From: Ylistrum balloti
Lineage: Eukaryota
DNA length: 64,000 nt
Reading direction: 5' to 3'
NCBI RefSeq assembly: GCF_031769215.1
Contig: NW_026782771.1
Location: 434,001 to 498,000 of the forward strand
Shown: piece after piece, positions 59,205 to 64,000 of the stretch
Position numbering within the stretch: the first letter of the stretch is position 1
How the letters are laid out: every line of letters begins with the position of its first letter
Program-made: the position numbers and the translations under genes
Notes under the pieces: generated by a model
Database searches by the model: none
Told to the model about the DNA's origin: nothing
The model's input: only the letters and a program-made list of their open reading frames with translations

Positions 59205-62020
59205 AAATTAATGCGTTCCATGGTACTGATAATGCGTGTCATGTTGATAATAAGGCGTTTCATGAATATAATAATGCATTTCATGGTAATAATAGGTCGT
59301 TCCATGGTAATAGTAGGTCGTTCCATGGTAATAGTAGGTCGTTCCATGGTAATGATAGGTCGTTCCATGGTAAACGCAGGTCGTTCCATGGTAATAGTAG
59401 GTCGTTCCATGGTAATAATAGGTCGTTCCATGGTAAGAATAGGTAGTTCAATGGTAATGATAGGTCGTTCCATGGTAATGTTAGGTCGTTCCATGGTAAT
59501 AATAGGTCGTTCCATGGTAAACGTAGGTCGTTCCATGGTAATGATAGGTCGTTCCATGGTAATGGTAGGTCGTTCCATGGTAATAATAGGTCGTTCCATG
59601 GTAATAGTAGGTCGTTCCATGGTAATGATAGGTCGTTCCATGGTAATGGTAGGTCGTTCCATGGTAATAGTAGGTCGTTCCATGGTAATGATAGGTCGTT
59701 CCATGGTAATAGTAGGTCGTTCCATGGTAATAGTAGGTCGTTCCATGGTAATAATAGGTCGTTCCATGGTAATAGTAGGTCGTTCCGTGGTAATGATAGG
59801 TCGTTTCATGGTAATAGTAGGTCGTTCCACGGTAATAATAGGTCGTTGCATGGTAATGATAGGTCGTTCCATGGTAATAATAGGTCGTTTCATGGTAATA
59901 GTAGGTCGTTCCATGGTAATAATAGGTCGTTGCATGGTAATAATAGGCCGTTCCATGGTAATAATAGGTCGTTCCATGGTAATAGTAGGTCGTTCCGTGG
60001 TAATAGTAGGTCGTTCCATGGTAATAATAGGTCGTTCCGTGGTAATAATAGGTCGTTCCATGGTAATAGTAGGTCGTTCCATGGTAATAATAGGTCGTTC
60101 CGTGGTAATAGTAGGTCGTTCCGTGGTAATAATAGGTCGTTCCGTGGTAATAATAGGTCGTTCCATGGTAATAGTAGGTCGTTCCATGGTAATAATAGGT
60201 CGTTCCATGGTAATAGTAGGTCGTTCCATGGTAATAATAGGTCGTTCCGTGGTAATAGTAGGTCGTTCCATTGTAATAATAGATCGTTCCGTGGTAATAG
60301 TAGGTCGTTCCATGGTAATAGTAGGTCGTTCCGTGGTAATAATAGGTCGTTCCATGGTAATAGTAGGTCGTTCCATGGTAATAATAGGTCGTTCCATGGT
60401 AATAATAGGTCGTTCCGTGGTAATAATAGGTCGTTCCATGGTAATAGTAGGTCGTTCCATGGTAATAATAGGTCGTTCCATGGTAAACGCAGGTCGTTCC
60501 ATGGTAATAGCAGGTCGTTCCATGGTAATAATAGGTCGTTCCATGGTAAGAATAGGTAGTTCCATGGTAATGATAGGTCGTTCCATGGTAATGTTAGGTC
60601 GTTCCATGGTAATAATAGGTCGTTCCATGGTAAACGTAGGTCGTTCCATGGTAATGATAGGTCGTTCCATGGTAATGGTAGGTCGTTCCATGGTAATAAT
60701 AGGTCGTTCCATGGTAATAGTAGGTCGTTCCATGGTAATGATAGGTCGTTCCATGGTAATGGTAGGTCGTTCCATGGTAATAGTAGGTCGTTCCATGGTA
60801 ATGATAGGTCGTTCCATGGTAATAGTAGGTCGTTCCATGGTAATAGTAGGTCGTTCCATGGTAATAATAGGTCGTTCCATGGTAATAGTAGGTCGTTCCG
60901 TGGTAATGATAGGTCGTTTCATGGTAATAGTAGGTCGTTCCACGGTAATAATAGGTCGTTGCATGGTAATGATAGGTCGTTCCATGGTAATAATAGGTCG
61001 TTTCATGGTAATAGTAGGTCGTTCCATGGTAATAATAGGTCGTTGCATGGTAATAATAGGCCGTTCCATGGTAATAATAGGTCGTTCCATGGTAATAGTA
61101 GGTCGTTCCGTGGTAATAGTAGGTCGTTCCATGGTAATAATAGGTCGTTCCGTGGTAATAATAGGTCGTTCCATGGTAATAGTAGGTCGTTCCATGGTAA
61201 TAATAGGTCGTTCCGTGGTAATAGTAGGTCGTTCCGTGGTAATAATAGGTCGTTCCGTGGTAATAATAGGTCGTTCCATGGTAATAGTAGGTCGTTCCAT
61301 GGTAATAATAGGTCGTTCCATGGTAATAGTAGGTCGTTCCATGGTAATAATAGGTCGTTCCGTGGTAATAGTAGGTCGTTCCATTGTAATAATAGATCGT
61401 TCCGTGGTAATAGTAGGTCGTTCCATGGTAATAGTAGGTCGTTCCGTGGTAATAATAGGTCGTTCCATGGTAATAGTAGGTCGTTCCATGGTAATAATAG
61501 GTCGTTCCATGGTAATAATAGGTCGTTCCGTGGTAATAATAGGTCGTTCCATGGTAATAGTAGGTCGTTCCATGGTAATAATAGGTCGTTCCATGGTAAT
61601 AGTAGGTCGTTCCATGGTAATAATAGGTCGTTCCGTGGTAATAGTAGGTCGTTCCATTGTAATAATAGATCGTTCCGTGGTAATAGTAGGTCGTTCCATG
61701 GTAATAATAGGTCGTTCCGTGGTAATAATAGGTCGTTCCATGGTAATAGTAGGTCGTTCCATGGTAATAATAGGTCGTTCCGTGGTAATAGTAGGTCGTT
61801 CCATGGTAATAATAGATCGTTCCGTGGTAATAGTAGGTCGTTCCATGGTAATAATAGGTCGTTCCGTGGTAATAATAGGTCGTTCCATGGTAATAGTAGG
61901 TCGTTCCGTGGTAATAATAGGTCGTTCCGTGGTAATAATAGGTCGTTCCATGGTAAAGATAGGTCGTTCCATGATAATAATTAGAAGTTCCATCGTAATA
62001 AAAATGCTTTCCATGGTACT
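59205..62020. repeat. 21-bp minisatellite (GGTAATA(A/G)TAGGTCGTTCCAT), ~128 regular copies with degenerate flanks
   Basis: Direct periodicity; source of the 940, 948, 480, 341 and 237-aa heptad ORFs. Confidence 0.98.
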
Positions 62021-62186
62021 TGGAATACGTTGACAATGTCCTTTCCCGAGATTTAAAAATTTTGATAATTCATCCCTTACCTAAGTGTGTAATAAGAGCT
62101 CACCTATAGATTAAAAACAAGTCATCAACATTGTCATTCATTTGTTTATGAAGAAATTATCGTGACATGAAAGACGAACACATGAT

Positions 62187-62329
62187 TGAGATCGTCCATT
62201 GTTTAACTGATGTAAAGTTGGTATTGTACACGGGTTATTGTTCTTTGAGATCGTCCATTGTATAACTGATGTAAAGTAGGTATTGTACACGGGTTATTGT
62301 TCTTTGAGATCGTCCATTGTATTACTGAT
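62187..62329. repeat. 59-bp tandem repeat, ~2.4 copies
   Basis: GAGATCGTCCATTGT... restarts at 62188, 62247 and 62306. Confidence 0.9.
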
Positions 62330-63664
62330 AGTGTATTTTATTATAGATCCTGGTACTACCGTAAGTGAATAACTGCACATTAATGTTGTTATGTTGTAAT
62401 TGTGTAAGCTTATTTTCAGAAATGTTACCATTTTTCGGCAAAAGTAAGAAGACGAAGACAAGTATCATTTTAAAGACCCTGAAATTAAGTTTTCACAAAC
62501 GAATGGTTATGGCAGAAAATAGAATTATCTTACTTCAGTTCAGTTGTTTATCATTGATTTTGAAAGAAATTTAAAATGATTAATTACAAGTACTCCACGA
62601 CCAGTATAAGTGTAACTTGTCAGACCGTTGATGACATCCCGTACGTGGCCTCCACCGACAGTAAATTGTTGACGAGTTTCTGATGGGTGTTTTACAACCA
62701 CCGGAGTTGTATATTATGATCAAACATAAATAAATATTACAATCAAGTTTAAATTACTGGTCGTGGAACGAGAAAAAGGTCTGTCAATGATCCTCCACAA
62801 ATTTTATATCCTAGCTAACGGGACTAAAGGACACAATTTCTGGCGTGTTCTCAGCATTTTAGAAACAAACCCACAAAACTTCTATCACTTTAAACTTCAA
62901 ACAGTCCATTCACGTATTTTCTGATTTAATTCATGTTTAATGTCCATTTCGTGCAAAAATGGTAATGAAGTATTGTTTGCTATCAATATTTGTTCAAGGA
63001 AGTCCTTAAAGATGGGATTGTGCCACAAGTACAAAAATATACCGTTGCTCACGCCCCGACGATTGCTAAACTGGATAATGGATGTTGCGGTCTATGGGGC
63101 AATATCAGCACACCCCGATGATAAAAATCCATTTTATGGTCGAGAAAGTCTAGACTACTAAAACAACACGATTTAAATTTACTAACATACTATTGTGTTG
63201 CTTTCTTTTTTCTTTTGGTGTATTCTGTTGTAACAGTACAGTGTGGATTACCGTTCATTTTAAGAAGTTTAAGCTTCGCAGATTGACTATCTGACCCCGG
63301 TTGCTCAAAATCTTAATCAAAATATATCAGTCTAACCTCTCTCGACAAAACTACAGCAGTGAAATGGTAAAGAAAAAATACTTTTTTTAATTCATGTTTG
63401 ATAATTTTCACTAACCACTGTTTTTCTCTAATCAGCCTTTGAATGATCGGGTCCAGTTGTTTTCAGGTATTTTCAACTGGGTAGGTTTCCTTAAATTGTC
63501 TGAAAATATAATTAGCGATTTCCTAATATTTAGAAAAAGGAATATATTTTGAGGAAAAGACGGTCTTATTAAAGATTGAAATACATTCGATCAATTTACA
63601 ATCATAACCAAAATGTGGAACTGCAGTAGTGGATGATTACCCCCACAGAACAAGTTAAGGGAGG

Positions 63665-64000
63665 CACGACGCAATTGATGGTACTGTGTAGGACAAGGAC
63701 ACAATCCCTGCACCACAGGACGGTATTGATTTCTCGGTTCCCAGAGGTACAAAGTGTTCCTACTAAGACTAGTTTTCACGATTTTTACGACAGAAATAGA
63801 GATGAGTTATTAAAACAAACACATAATTCACGACGCAATTGATGGTACTGTGTAGAACAAGGATACAATCGTTGCGCCACAGGACGGTTTTGATTTCTCC
63901 GTTCCTTAGATGTACACAAAGTGCTCATACTAAGACAAGTTCTCACGATTTTTTACGACAGAAATAGAGTTGAATCATTAAAATAAAAATATAATTACAA
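63665..64000. repeat. ~164-bp tandem repeat, 2 diverged copies, possibly continuing beyond the window
   Basis: CACGACGCAATTGATGGTACTGTGTAG restarts at 63665 and 63829. Confidence 0.9.

Noticed and set aside
59281-61975. GTTCCATGGTAAT in the monomer as an RFX X-box array
   Set aside because: It misses key outer positions of GTTRCCATGGYAAC; the resemblance is probably coincidental.

Overview
This is AT-rich, intron-containing animal DNA, not prokaryotic; the repeat families suggest a bivalve mollusc (inference). I reconstructed three spliced genes by hand from GT-AG boundaries and codon phase. (1) A tektin-3/5-type gene (+, core coding exons 33625-40300, ~470 aa). It has a duplicated, mutually exclusive 86-nt exon pair (34822-34907 / 35235-35320), a candidate intronic RNA helix looping out the first copy, and several candidate alternative first exons/promoters up to ~31.5 kb upstream. 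(2) A CFAP97D2-like ciliary/flagellar gene (+, 43318-46658, ~197 aa) whose exon-5 splice donor is tandemly amplified to 12 copies. (3) A PRD-class Q50 homeobox gene with eh1 and OAR motifs, most similar to ISX (-, 54260-48822, ~284 aa). The rest is repeat-rich: an ~8.5-kb compound satellite (5.7-14.3 kb) whose monomers mimic branch point, polypyrimidine tract and 3' splice site, a 2.8-kb 21-bp minisatellite with a 1113-bp higher-order duplication, smaller tandem repeats, and decayed SINE, LINE, PLE-like, Helentron-like and tRNA-derived fragments. Most long ORFs in the supplied track are repeat artefacts. No CRISPR array or rRNA was seen. All alignments and counts were done by eye and gene models lack transcript support.
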